From: Mobula hypostoma
Taxonomy: Eukaryota
Reading direction: 5' to 3'
DNA: 64,000 nt
Assembly: GCF_963921235.1 (NCBI RefSeq)
Contig: NC_086097.1
Coordinates: 245,646,001 to 245,710,000, forward strand
Shown here: positions 1 to 13,127 of the stretch, piece by piece
Layout: every line of letters begins with the position of its first letter
Numbering within the stretch: the stretch's first letter is position 1
Made by a program: the position numbers and the translations under genes
Notes under the pieces: model-generated
The model's input: only the letters and a program-made list of their open reading frames with translations
The model's database searches: none
What the model was told of the DNA's origin: nothing

Positions 1-1505
1 ACTGAGTACAAATGAAAATCATCATCAAAACATTTGTAGCTTATGGAACTAGTGCAAAGCATCAGCACCATTAAGCAATTATATTGTATTACATTGTATT
101 CAATAAAGGTTAATTTCTTGTTTCTCCAAATTCCTACATGATGCAAGTAGTCTGAAATTATATTTGTGTTCAGCTTCTAGCGGTCTATCATAAACAAAAA
201 CAATTTTGAGGAAGCAACACTTTTGGAAAAAAATTGTTGTCAAGTGTTATCTTTGCTGACATATATCATGAAATTTGTTGTTTTGTTGGCAGTAGTGCGT
301 TGCAATACATAATTATAAAAACTGTGAATTACAATAAATATGTATATATAGATTTAAAAAAGTTAAATTCATTTAGTGCAAAAAGCAGTAGTGAGGTGGT
401 GTTCATGAGTTCAATGTCCATTCGGAAATCTGATGGTGAAGGGGAAGAAGCTGTTCCTGAATCATTGAGTGTGTGCCTTCAAGCTTCTGTACCTCCTCCT
501 TGATGACAGCAATGAGAAGAGCAATGATGACAGCATGTGACAGCGGCCACACCCCGATGGGTACACTGCTACAATAGGTGGGTTAAATCGGGTGAGGGTA
601 GCTGACAGGTCTCGCAGCCTAGTGAGATAGGGACATATCTATCCTCGCATGCGAGGTTAGCTCCAGCAGACTGGGCAGATCAGATCTACAGTGGGAAGCA
701 AAGGCAGTTCTGCAACACTCTGCAGAGAGCGAAGGACACAGAAGACATCATGGTCATCCATTGCAACAAAGGAAGATCCCAGCTTGTGAGGCTTGTTCGT
801 ACCACTAGACAGACTTCTGAGGTCAAGAGAGTGAAACAACCACAGAACAAAGGCTTTTCGCTTTAAACACTTTCTCCCGCACAGGTTTCCTGTCATTGTT
901 GGACACGATAAACAACCACCAGATTATGTTGTGCTACGGTATATTCCACAGAACTATGATCTAGTGCAGGACTCTCGTTGTTTGTCACACACCTGGTTGC
1001 ACGAATTGTCACTAAGCTGACTAAGCTGCTTTTGGGTGTGGACCAGATCCCAGCAATGAATGAAGCTTTCAAGCTGACTTCAGCAGGGATTGCAGTACCA
1101 TTGCTGAGGTCCTGTGCTTTTAGACCAGAAGACATAGGAATAGAACTAGGCCATTCATTCGGGCCAAATACATGGCTGATTTATTTTTCATTTCAATGCT
1201 ACCACATAGTTCTCTGCCACCGGGTTTGATATATATTCTCCTTCAAACATTGGGCTGCTAAACCAGAGGGGATAAATTCACTCAGCTCAAGACCGAACTG
1301 ATTCCACAGCCTATAGACTCACAATCAAGGACTCTACAACTCATGTTCTCGGTATTATTTATTTACTTATTTTGTATTTGTACAGTTTCTCTTCTTTTGC
1401 AAATTGTTTTCTTGCTAATGTTTGTTTATGTGAAGTGTTTCATTGATTATGTTGTATTTCTTTGTTCTGCTGTGAATACCTGCAAAAAAAAGAATCTCAA
1501 GGTAG

Positions 1506-3478
1506 TATAGAACATTAGAAAGTTTTTGACAAGAGCAGGCCATTCGGCCTAACAAAGCTTGCCAAATTCCTATTCACATAACGTGTTGAAATAACTATCG
1601 AGTTTAAATTTGAAAGTCTCTAAAGCTATTACTTTCTGCTAAACAACTAGGTAGTTTGTTCCATGTGTCCACAACTCGTTGTGCAAGGAAATGCTTCCTG
1701 ATGTTATTCTGAAATCTCCCTTTAACCAGTCTCCACCTATGGCCCAGTGTCCTCGTTGATGGATTAATTTTGAAGTGGCAGCTGTCATCTGCATTACTTC
1801 TACCCTTAATGATTTTGAACACTTCTATCACATCTCCTCTCATTCTAAGTCTACCTAGGCTAAATAGATTTAATTCTTTCAGTCTTTCTTCATAGCTCAT
1901 ACCCTGCAGATGTGGAATGAGTCTTGTTGCCCTTCTCTGAACTTTCAACAGTGCCTTCATAGCCCTCACAAAATATAGAGACCATATTTGTACACAGTAC
2001 TCAAGGTGTGGCCTCACAAGTGCATTGTACAGCTTAAGGAGAACATCTCTAGACTTGAACTCCACTGAGCGCATTAAATAACACAACATTCTATTAGTCT
2101 TCCTAATCGTTTCTGTGCATTGTCTAGATAATGAAAGTGATGAGACTACAAGGATGCCTAAATCCTTCTCATAACAGTGCACTTTCTAGCTCAAGACCAC
2201 CCATTATATATTTATATCTAATATTTCTACTTCCTATATGTAATATTTCACATTTTACTTACATTAAATTTCATCTACCATTTATCTGCCCACGCCTGGA
2301 GTTTGTTCAGATTCAACTGTATTGATTCTGCTGGCTGAATGTTATCAGTCTGTCCCCTTGATTTTGTGTCATCTACAAACTTTACTAGTTTATTTGTTAT
2401 GTGCTTATCCAAATCTTTAATATAATTTTTTTGAGCCAATTCTGCATCCATTCACACAACATACCCTGAATCCCTATCTCCTGTAATTTGTTTATTAATC
2501 TCTTGTGAGATACCTTGTCAAAAGCCTTTTGAAAGTCCAGGTAGAGGATATCAACTGCTCTATTGCTATCGTAAATTTTAGTTGCCTCTTCATAGAACTC
2601 CGGCATAGTAGTTTAATGCCCTGGTTCACATGGTTCATATTTTTTCTCTGTTATGCTTTTCTGTTCTGTGTAAGCTTGTTTGGGTGACTGTTGAAAATAA
2701 GAGATAGGAGAAATGTATGCCATCCTATTGGGATGAATGGATTCAGGGGAGGTTTCTCTGGTGAGGGACACCAAGGTTGGGCTTGGGGCTTTTGAGCGGG
2801 GAGAAGAGAGAAGAGGTCGGAGGAGTCAACCCGGAGTGCGGCCGGGATTCGATGAAGCCCGGGGGAGATCGAAGGAGGATTGGCGAAGGGGAAGCCGTGA
2901 GCTCCAATTTGTTACATTTAAAATGGGCCCTTTTCTTTTTTTGCTTTTTCTTTACTCACCCTTTAGTCAAATTAAGAATCATAAAGCTAAATCTTTTAAT
3001 TGTATGCAGTGCTATTTCGTGGTACTGATTTGTGACAGGGTAGCAGATCACGCAGCATGCACACAAAACAGGGGTATTTGGGGGGCTTGTACTTCAATCT
3101 CCCACACTTGGCAGAGGGTGTCTTCCTTAGACTTACTCAGCCTACAGAACCAGAGTGTTACAGTAGTTAAACATAATTTCCCTTTTCTGAACACATGTTG
3201 GCTTTCTGATATCATGCCTGTTCCTCTCAGCTGCTTTTTCATCTCATTCTTTATTAATATTTCCATTATCTTACCTATGATACACGTTAGGTTTACTGGT
3301 CTGTAGATACCAAGGTCAGTACAGTCACCCTTCTTATACACTGGGACAACATTAGCCCATTTCCAGTCCTTAGGGATTTCAATCTTCACTGACTTTTGAA
3401 AAATTCATGTTAGGGGTTTCCATATATAATCACAGATCTCTTTAAGTGCCCTTGGATATATGTTGTCTGACCCTGGAG
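1506..3478 (-). mobile_element. Degenerate CR1 LINE ORF2 3' portion, interrupted by a solo LTR
   Basis: ORF pieces with CR1 RT motifs: 3048-3389 (DWKWANVVPVYKKG..YRPVNLT), 2397-2606 (YLDFQKAFDKV), 1604-2182 (LVRPHLEYC..RMRGD). Frameshifted. Confidence 0.9.
2612..3162. mobile_element. Solo LTR (Gypsy-like) inserted in CR1
   Basis: Splits the CR1 'CLT..EFYEE' segment. Ends ...TGTTACA, starts TTTAA (likely mutated TGTAA). 4-bp TSD GTAG at 2608-2611 and 3163-3166. Confidence 0.7.
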
Positions 3479-3529
3479 ATAAGGTGACATATGTGTACTT
3501 CAATAATAAATTTACTTTGAACTTTGAAC

Positions 3530-4448
3530 ATTCCTGGCTTCTCCTGGGAGACTCCCAGCCTCCCCAAGGATTACATCTGCACTAGGTGCATTGGGATGAG
3601 GCTCCTTAAGGACCGTGTTAGGGATCTGGAGCTGCAACTTGATGACCTTCAGCTAATTAGGGAAAGTGAGGAGGTGATTGATAATACCTATAGAGAGATA
3701 GTGGACAGCACCTCTGTGACAGTCCCCCTCAGAAATCGATATATTGTTTTAGATACTGTTGGAGAGGTTGACCTGACAGAGGAAGACCACAGCGAACGGG
3801 AGTCTGGCATTCATTTCAAGAGGAATAGTGTATAAGAGTAAGGAGGTGCTGATGAAGCTCTAAGGGGCACTGGTGAGACCTCATTTGGAATACTGTGTGC
3901 AGTTTTGGGCCCCCTATCTTAGAAGGGATGTTCTGATGTTGGAGAGAGTTCAGAGAAGATTTACGAGGATGATTCCTGGAATTCAGGGGCTAACATATGA
4001 GGAGCATTTGTCAGCTCTTGGACTGTATTCATTAGAGTATAGAAGAATGAGAGGGGATCTCATAGAAACATTTCGAATGTTGAAAGGGTTGGACAGAGTA
4101 GATGTGGAAAGGCTGTTTCCCTTGGTGGATGAGTCCAGGACAAGAGGCCACAGTCTTAGAATTAGAGGGTACCCATTTAAAACAGAGATGAGGAGAAATT
4201 TTTTTAGCCAGACGGTCATGGATTTATGGAATTTGTTGCCACATACAGCTGTGGAGGCCCGATCATCGAGGGTGTTTAAGGAGGAGATTGATAGGTATCT
4301 AATTAGTCAGGGTATCAAGGAATATGGGGAAAAAAGCCAGAAATTGGAACTAGATGGGAGAATAGTTTAGCTCATGGTGGAGTGTTTTGGAGCAGACTCG
4401 ATGGGCCGAATGGCCTACTTCTGCTCCTTTGTCTTGTGATCTTGTGAT
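3530..4448 (+). mobile_element. CR1 remnant: ORF1 N-terminal pieces joined to ORF2 C-terminus and 3' tail
   Basis: WETPSLPKDYICTRC..LKDRVRDLELQLDDL is CR1 ORF1-like (Cys motif plus coiled coil). It is followed by RPHLEYCVQFW..RGHSLRI and a (CTTGTGAT)n tail. Confidence 0.85.
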
Positions 4449-5157
4449 CCCCATAATCTTTGATCCCCTCACTTGTTAAGTAACAATCAACATGAATAGA
4501 TGAAGGATGGAATGGACCAGAAATAAAGAATATATGTTATAAAATCTGTACATGTTCCAAATTATTTCAAGTCATCGAAGTTGGGAAGTTGGTTTTCATT
4601 TTGGTGACCTGTTTTTGCAGATGTTGGAGCTAGCTTATGTGTTGTTGTTCCTATATGTCTTCTTTTGCACTTTGGCTCAGCTAAACTCTAAACTGATTCT
4701 ACAACTTACCAACTCATTGTCAATGACTCTACAACTCATAATCTCAGTATATTATTTTTTTATTTGTACAGTTTGTCTTCTTTTGCATGTTGGTTGCTTG
4801 TCAGTCTTTGTTTATGCATAGTTTTTCATAAATTCTATTGTAATTCTTTATTTTTCTGTAAATGACTGCAAGGAATTGAATCTTGGTATAGTATATGGTG
4901 ACACATACTTACTGTGATATTATGTACTGTATATCACATTACATATTATCTGTACTCTTTCCAGCTTAATGACATTTTTCCAATAGTTAGGTGACCAGAA
5001 ATGGGCACAATTCTCCAAGTGTGGTCTCACCAGTGTTTTGCAAATTGTGATAGGATATCCCATGCTCTTGAGCAACTCATCCAAAATGCTGGAGGAACTT
5101 AAAGTCCAAAATCCAAACACTGCTCCTTATGGTATATGTCACCAGATACAATCTTGA

Positions 5158-6030
5158 GTCACAGGCAGCCAACCAGAAAAGGATCCTTTTATTCCCACTC
5201 GCTGCCTCCTACCAATCAGCCAATGCTCTAACCATGCTAGTAACTTTTCTGTAATCTCTTAACTTGCTAAGCAGCCTCATGTGTGGCACCTTGTCAAAGG
5301 CCTTCTATAAGTCCAAATATACAACATCCACTCCATCCCCTTTATCTATCCTACTTGTAATCTCCTCAAAGAATTCTAACAGGTTCATCAGGCAAGATTT
5401 TCCCATAAGAAAACCATGTTGACATTGTTCTATCTTGTCCTGTGTCACCAAGTACTCCATTACTTCATCCTTAACAATTGACTCCAACATCTTCCAACCA
5501 TTGAGGTCAGACTAACTGGTCTGTAATTTCTTTCCTGCTGCCTCCCTCCTTTCTTAAAGAGTGCAGTGACGTTTGCAATTTTCCAGTCCTCCGAAACCAT
5601 GCTAGAGTCCAATGATTCTTGAAAGATCATTACTAATGCCTCCACAATCTCTACCGCTACATCTTTCAGAATACTAGGGTGCAGTTCATCTGAACCAGGT
5701 GACTTATGTACCTTTAGGTCTTTCAGCTTTTTGAGCACCTTCTCCCTTGTAATAGTAACTGTACACACTTTACTTCCCTCACACCCTTCAACACCTGGCA
5801 CGCGACTAGTGGCTTCCACAGTGAAGACTGATGCAAAATACTCAGTTAGTTCATCTGCCATCTCCTTGTCCCCCGTTATTATTTCTCCGGCCTTATTTTC
5901 TAGCAGTCCTATATCCACTCTCATCTCTCTTTTATTTTTTATATACTTGAAAAAGCTTTTTCTATCCACCTTGAGATTTTTTACTAGCTTGTTTTCATGT
6001 TTCATTTTTTCCCTCCTAATGATACTTTTA
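5158..6030 (-). mobile_element. CR1 ORF2 internal fragment
   Basis: ORFs 5460-6005 and 5305-5490 carry [22 protein letters not shown] and QHGF..SCL..VVYLD. Confidence 0.9.
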
Positions 6031-7349
6031 GAATCATCTTCAGCCTTTCCTTATAATTCAGATCTTCCAGACCTGGCAACGTCCTTGTAAATTTTCTCTG
6101 GACTCTTTCAACCTTATTTACATCTTTCCTGTAGGTAGGTGACCAGAATCGCACACATTATGTGTTGGGCCGAATGGCCTGTTTCTGTGTGGCTCTGTGT
6201 TTCATTGCCTGCATGTACGTTTGCTTCTGTCTGCAAGCTGACAAGTTTACTTGCAAGCAGCCTCCGGTGTCTGAGTGGAGAATCTGGCATCGAGCATCAT
6301 TGAGATTACTATTGATGGAAAACAGCTGGCCATCTCTTCAGCTCATTTTAGTCAGAGGAACATTGAATGTAGAGGAATGCCTCTGAATTTTTTTTTAAAT
6401 TAGCAATCTGCTCGTTACAAGTCGGTTTCAGTCTGAACAAAGGAAAAGCTGTTTGAGAAGTGATCTTGTTGAGATTGGGCTGGTGATTGCAGAATTCACT
6501 CATACTTTAAGTCGTGACACCGGGGGTTTCAGTCACGATGGCACTTAGCTTTGCATTTGTCTAATGACGGCAATGTGCTGTACACATTGGCTCAGCAGTG
6601 CCTTTGAGATGAAGTGAAAGGAAGATTTACTTGGCACATATACATTGAAACATACAATGAAATTTGTCACTTTTTGTCATTAACCAACACAGTCCGAGGA
6701 TTGTCCTGGGGGCAGCCCGCGAGTGTTAGCGTGGTGCCAACAGAGCATGCTCACAACTTACTAACCCCAACACGTACATCATTTGACTTCACACGCTTAC
6801 ACGTTCAAATAAAAATTAAGATTAGCTTTATTTGTCATGTGCAAATCAAAGCATACAGTGAAATACGTGTTTGCGTCAATTCAAATCAGTGAGAATTGTG
6901 CAAGTGTCACCACGCTTCCAGTGCCAACATAGCGCGCCCACAACTCACTGACTAACCTGTGCGTCTTTGGAATGTGGGAGGAAACTGGGGCATCTGGGGG
7001 AAGCCCATGTGGTCACAGGGAGAATGTACAACAGGGTCCATGTTGTGTTACAACAATATAGGGTCCACGGTTAATGGTAGGGGCTCATGGCATAAAAAAG
7101 GTTCGGAACCCCTGATCTACATTCTCCTTACAGACAGTGGTGGGAATCGAACCCCAATCGCAATCGCTGCCGCTGTAAAGTGTTACTCTTACCGCTACGC
7201 AACCAGTGCGGCCCACGTGCAAAGCATGCACAGGCCACTATGCAAGAAGTCTCTGACCTCTTCTCATGCCAGTGCCCGGACTTCATGTCAGCCCTTCCCC
7301 CCAGGCAAGCGTGCAAACTAGACCTCTGTTTCGCTGACAGGAATTGCAT

Positions 7350-8620
7350 TGTTAAATGTGGTTAGACCACGCTTGGAACATCGTGTTCGTTTCTGGTCAC
7401 TCCACTATGGAAAGGATGTGGAAACTGTAGGGAGGGTGCAGAGGTTTACCAGGATGCTGCCTGGATTAGACAGCATGTCTGATGAAGATAGGTTGAGTGA
7501 GTTAGGACTTTTCTCTTTAGACTTAATAAACATGTACAAGATGATGAGACATAGACTGAACCGATGCCAGAGACTTTTTTCCCAGGAGAGAAACAGCTAA
7601 TACAAAGGGGCAAACACGAGGAAATCTGAAGATGCTGGAATTTCAAGCAACACACATAAAAGTTGCTGGTGAACGTAGCAGGCCAGGCAGCATCTATAGG
7701 AAGAGGTACAGTTGACGTTTTGGGCCGAGACCCTTCGTCAGGACTAACTGAAAGAGGAGATAGTAAGAGATTTGAAAGTGGGAGGGGGAGGGGGAGATCT
7801 GAAATGATAGGAGAAGACAGGAGGGGGAGGGATGGAGCCAAGAGCTGGACAGTTGATTGGCAAAAGGGATACGAGAGGATCATGGGACAGGAGGCCCAGG
7901 GAGAAGGAAAAGGGGGAGGGGAAAAACCCAGAGGATAGGCAAGGGGTATTGTGAGAGGGACAGAGGGAGAAAAAGGAGCGAGAGAAAAAGAATTTGTGTA
8001 TATAAATAAATAATGAATGGGGTATGAGGGGGAGGTGGGGCATTAGCAGAAGTTTGAGGTCAATGTTCATGCCATCAGGTTGGAGGCTACCCAGATGGAA
8101 TATAAGGTTTTGTTCCTCCAACCTGAGCGTGGCTTCATCTTTACAGTAGAGGAGGCCGTGGATAGACATATCAGAATGGGAATGGGACATGGAGTTAAAA
8201 TGTGTGGCCACTGGGCGGACCTGCTTTCTCTGGCGGACAGAGCATAGGTGTTCTGCGAAACGATAAAAAGGGGCATAATTTTTCAGTGACTGAAGGAAAG
8301 TATAGGGGAGATGTCAGAGGTAGGTTTTTTTACACATAGACTGGGGGGTGTGTGGAATGCCCTGCCATGCGTGGTGGTACAGGCAGATACATTAAGGGCA
8401 TTTAAGAAACTTTTCAGAGTTCAGAGGAAATTTTTTTATCAAAGTATGTCACCATAAGCTGCCATGAGATTCATTTTCTTTCAGGCACATCGACAATAGA
8501 AAACTGGAGGGCTTTGTAGGAGGGAAAGGTTAAATTGATATTAGAGTAAGTTGAAAGGTCGGCGTTACATGGTGGAGTGAAACGCTCACACTGCTATAGT
8601 GTGGTACATTCTATGTTCCT
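7350..8620 (+). mobile_element. Old CR1 3' fragment split by a Penelope-like insertion
   Basis: VRPRLEH..FWS..VQRFTRMLPGL; CR1 sequence resumes after 8275. Confidence 0.8.
7613..8266 (-). mobile_element. 5'-truncated Penelope-like element (GIY-YIG C-terminus plus terminal repeat)
   Basis: ORF 7744-8211 HFNSMSHSHSDMSIHGLL..RLEEQNLIFHLGSLQPDGMNID. 9-bp TSD AAAGGGGCA at 7604-7612 and 8267-8275. Confidence 0.9.
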
Positions 8621-9896
8621 GCCATCCTGCGAGTAGTTTGTAGTGAGATTCTCTGAAAGTAGATATTTACATAATCATCACCCCAGGTTGTGAGGTATGC
8701 AGATTAGCTCTGCAGGGTGACACAATACACACCAGTATCTGTGTTGTCTGTCCAAAGTGAAGTGCTATTCTCCACTTTGTATGGAGCATAGCCTTTCCTT
8801 TGTGCCCTGTGCCTTTCCATTCAAGTGGCTGCATTCGGCCACAACACTGTTGGCTTTGCAAATGAAGTGAGGCATTTGTTTACACACATAAAATGGTGAT
8901 GGAATGTATTTAAACAGTAGCTAAAGTAAACCATGGATTGTTCAAACAAACCTTGGTTATCAGTTCTGTAAATTTAGAAGGAACCATTTGATTTGAACGT
9001 TCCTTTGGGATTAGGATTAAGGGAACAGTGTAAATAATTCAGAGTTTGGATATTGATAATAGCTTGAGCATTCAAGGATCAAGGATCAACCTTATTCGCA
9101 ATATACATTTACACGTATTAGGAATTTGCTGTGGTGTCGGTCAGGGTGCTTCATGCAACAAAAGAACAACATTCAACAATTGTGAAGAATAAAAATATAT
9201 AAAAATAATTGGTACAGTAGGGAATAAAACGTGTATAAATACATAAATACCATTCTGTATTTAGAATGTAAACAGCTTTATAAACAGTGATTTAAAGTGT
9301 TTACAGCTCAGTGCAGTGACGGGGTAATAGATGCATACGAGGGAGGGGCTAACTAGAATGGTTGATCAGATTAACTGCCTGAGGGACAAAACTTTTAATC
9401 TTCTACATGCACTTTACATTAGCAAGGTGTTTCTTTTCGAATGCCCCAGTTTTTTTAACAAAATTATGAATTATTGAAGAATTCTTTATAATTGCCATTC
9501 GAACAGTGCTGATGTATCATTCCTCTCAACCCCATTCTCCTGCCTTCTACTTATAAACCCCTAATAATCGAGAATCTATGAACCTCCGCTTTAAATATAT
9601 CCAATGACTTGACCTCCACAGCCATCTGTGGCAATGAATTCCACAGGTACACCAGCATCTGGCTAAGGAAGCTCCCCATCATCTTTGTTCTAAAGGGACA
9701 TCCCTCTATACTGAGGCTGTGGTCCAAGACTCCCCACTATAGGAGACATCCTCTCCACATCTACTCTATCTAGACCTTTCAATATTCTGTGTTTTTACAT
9801 GAGTTCCCCTTTCATTCTTCTAAACTCCAGTGAGTACAGGCCCAGAACCATCAAATGCTCCTCAGATGTTAACCCTTTTGTTCCCGGGAACATTAT

Positions 9897-12800
9897 AGAA
9901 ACATAGAAACATAGAAAATAGGTGCAGGAGTAGGCCATTCGGCCCTTCGAGCCTGCACCGCCATTTATTATGATCATGGCTGATCATCCAACTCAGAACC
10001 CCGCCCCAGCCTTCCCTCCATACCCCCTGACCCCCGTAGCCACAAGGGCCATATCTAACTCCCTCTTAAATATAGCCAATGAACTGGCCTCAACAGTTTC
10101 CTGTGGCAAAGAATTCCACAGATTCACCACTTTCTGTGTGAAGAAGTTTTTCCTAATCTCGGTCCTAAAAGGCTTCCCCTCTATCCTCAAACTGTGACCC
10201 CTCATTCTGGACTTCCCCAACATCGGGAACAATCTTCCTGCATCTAGCCTGTCCAATCCCTTTAGGATCTTATACGTTTCAATCAGATCCCCCCTCAATC
10301 TTCTAAATTCCAACGAGTACAAGCCCAGTTCATCTAGTCTTTCTTCATATGAAAGTTCTGCCATCCCAGGAATCAATCTGGTGAACCTTCTTTGTACTCC
10401 CTCTATGGCAAAGATGTCTTTCCTCAGATTAGGGGACCAAAACTGCACACAATACTCCAGGTGTGGTCTCACCAAGGCCTTGTACAACTGCAGTAGTACC
10501 TCCCTGCTCCTGTACTCAAATCCTCTCACTATAAATGCCAGCATACCATTCGCCTTTTTCACCGCCTGCTGTACCTGCATGCCCACTTTCAATGACTGGT
10601 GTATAATGACACCCAGGTCTCGTTGCACCTCCCCTTTTCCTAATCGGCCACCATTCAGATAATAATCTGTTTTCCTATTTTTGCCACCAAAGTGGATAAC
10701 TTCACATTTATCCACATTAAATTGCATCTGCCATGAATTTGCCCACTCACCCAACCTATCCAAGTCACCCTGCATCCTCTTAGCATCCTCCTCACAGCTA
10801 ACACTGCCACCCAGCTTCGTGTCATCCGCAAACTTGGAGATGCTGCATTTAATTCCCTCATCCAAGTCATTAATATATATTGTAAACAACTGGGGTCCCA
10901 GCACTGAGCCTTGCGGTACCCCAATAGTCACCGCCTGCCATTCTGAAAAGGTCCCGTTTAATCCCACTCTTTGCTTCCTGTCTGCTAACTAATTCTCCAC
11001 CCACACTAATACCCTACCCCCAATACCGTGTGCTTTAAGTTTGCACACTAATCTCCTGTGTGGGACCTTGTCAAAAGCCTTTTGGAAATCCAAATATACC
11101 ACATCCACTGGGTCTCCCCTATCCACTCTACTAGTTACATCCTCAAAAAATTCTATGAGATTCGTCAGACATGATTTTCCTTTCACAAATCCATGCTGAC
11201 TTTCTCCGATCATTTCACCGCTTTCCAAATGTGCTGTTATCACATCCTTGATAACTGACTCCAGCAGTTTCCCCACCACCGACGTTAGTCTAACCGGTCT
11301 ATAATTCCCTGGTTTCTCTCTCCCTCCTTTTTTAAAAAGTGGGGTTACATTAGCCACCCTCCAATCCTCAGGAACTAGTCCAGAATCTAACGAGTTTTGA
11401 AAAATTATCACTAATGCATCCACTATTTCTTGGGCTACTTCCTTAAGCACTCTAGAATGCAGACCATCTGGCCCTGGGGATTTATCTGCCTTCAATCCTT
11501 TCAATTTACCTAACACCACTTCCCTACTAACATGTATTTCGCTCAGTTCCTCCATCTCACTGGACCCTCTGTCCCTTACTATTTCTGGAAGATTATTTAT
11601 GTCCTCCTTAGTGAAGACAGAACCAAAGTAATTATTCAATTGGTCTGCCATGTCCTTGCTTCCCATAATCAATTCACCTGTTTCTGTCTGCAGGGGACCT
11701 ACATTTGTCTTTACCAGTCTTTTCCTTTTTACATATCTAGAAAAGCTTTTACAGTCCGTTTTTATGTTCCCTGCCAGTTTTCTCTCATAATCTTTTTTCC
11801 CCTTCCTAATTAAGCCCTTTGTCCTCCTCTGCTGAACTCTGAATTTCTCCCAGTCCTCAGGTGAGCCACTTTCTCTGGATAATTTGTATGCTTCTTCTTT
11901 GGAATTGATACTATCCCTAAATTCTCTTGTCAGCCACGGGTGCACTACCTTCCTTGATTTATTCTTTTGCCAAACTGGGATGAACAATTGTTGTAGTTCA
12001 TCCATGCAACCTTTAAATGCTTGCCATTGCATATCCACCGTCAATCCTTTAAGTGTCATTTGCCAGTCTATCTTAGCTAATTCACGTCTCATACCTTCAA
12101 AGTTACCCCTCTTTAAGTTCAGAACCTTTGTTTCTGAATTAACTATGTCACTCTCCATCTTAATGAAGAATTCCACCATATTATGGTCACTCTTACCCAA
12201 GGGGCCTCTCACGACAAGATTGCTAATTAACCCTTCCTCATTGCTCAAAACCCAGTCCAGAATAGCCTGCTCTCTAGTTGGTTCCTCGACATGTTGGTTC
12301 AAAAAACCATCCCGCATACATTCCAAGAAATCCTCTTCCTCAGCACCTTTACCAATTTAGTTCACCCAGTCTACATGTAGATTGAAGTCACCCATTAGAA
12401 CTGCTGTTCCTTTATTGCACACATTTCTAATTTCCTGTTTAATACCATCTCCGACCTCACTACTACTGTTAGGTGGCCTGTACACAACTCCCACCAGCGT
12501 CTTCTGCCCCTTAGTGTTACGCAGCTCTACCCATATCGATTCCACATCTTCCCGGCTTATGTCTTTCCTTTCTATTGCATTAATCTCTTCTTTAACCGGC
12601 AATGCCACCCCACCTCCCCTTCCTTCATGTCTATCCCTCCTGAATATTGAATATCCCTGAACGTTGAGCTCCCATCCCTGGTCACCCTGGAGCCATGTCT
12701 CTGTGATCCCAACTATATCATAATCATTAATAACAATCTGCACTTTAAATTCATCCACCTTATTACGAATGCTCCTTGCATTGACACATAAAGCCTTCAG

Positions 12801-13127
12801 GCGCTCTTTTACAACTCTCTTAGCCCTTATACAATTATGTTGAAAAGTGGCCCTTTTTAATGCTTGCCCTGGATTTGTCGGCCTGCCACTTTTACTTTTC
12901 TCCTTAGTACTTTTTGCTTCTACCCTCACTTTACACCCCTCTGTCTCTCTGCACTGGTTCCCATCCCTCTGTTGTGAACTAACCTCCTCACGCCTAGCCT
13001 CTTTAATTTGATTCCCACCCCCCAACCATTCTAGTTTAAAGGCACCTCAGTAGACCCCGCTAATCTCCCTGCCAGGATATTGGTCCCCCTGGGATTCAAG
13101 TGTAACCCGTCCTTTTTGTACATGGTT
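9897..13127 (-). mobile_element. Young CR1 LINE: ORF1 C-terminus, complete ORF2 region and 3' tail, inserted in an older CR1
   Basis: (TTTCTATG)n tail. ORF1 end YKKDGLHLNPRGTNILAGRL..PLN* with an SGNH-esterase DxxH motif. Candidate TSD CATTAT at 9891-9896 and 13128-13133. Confidence 0.95.
9993..13040 (-). pseudogene. CR1 ORF2 (APE endonuclease plus reverse transcriptase) with two premature in-frame stops
   Basis: ORFs 12357-13025, 10989-12326 and 9993-10967 share one frame. Motifs NARS, GITETW, GDFN, SDH, PQGSVLGP, FADD. The TAG at 10989-10991 is TGG in the sister copy (ENWLAD). Confidence 0.92.

Noticed and set aside
2195..2203. Perfect GLI consensus site GACCACCCA (possible autoregulation)
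   Set aside because: A single 9-mer inside a degenerate CR1, with no clustering; compatible with chance.
2737..3306. 189-aa ORF
   Set aside because: Spans a solo LTR and antisense CR1, with no recognisable domain.
10381..12660. Plus-strand ORFs of 90-158 aa, mirrored at 58264-59378
   Set aside because: Antisense shadows of CR1 ORF2.
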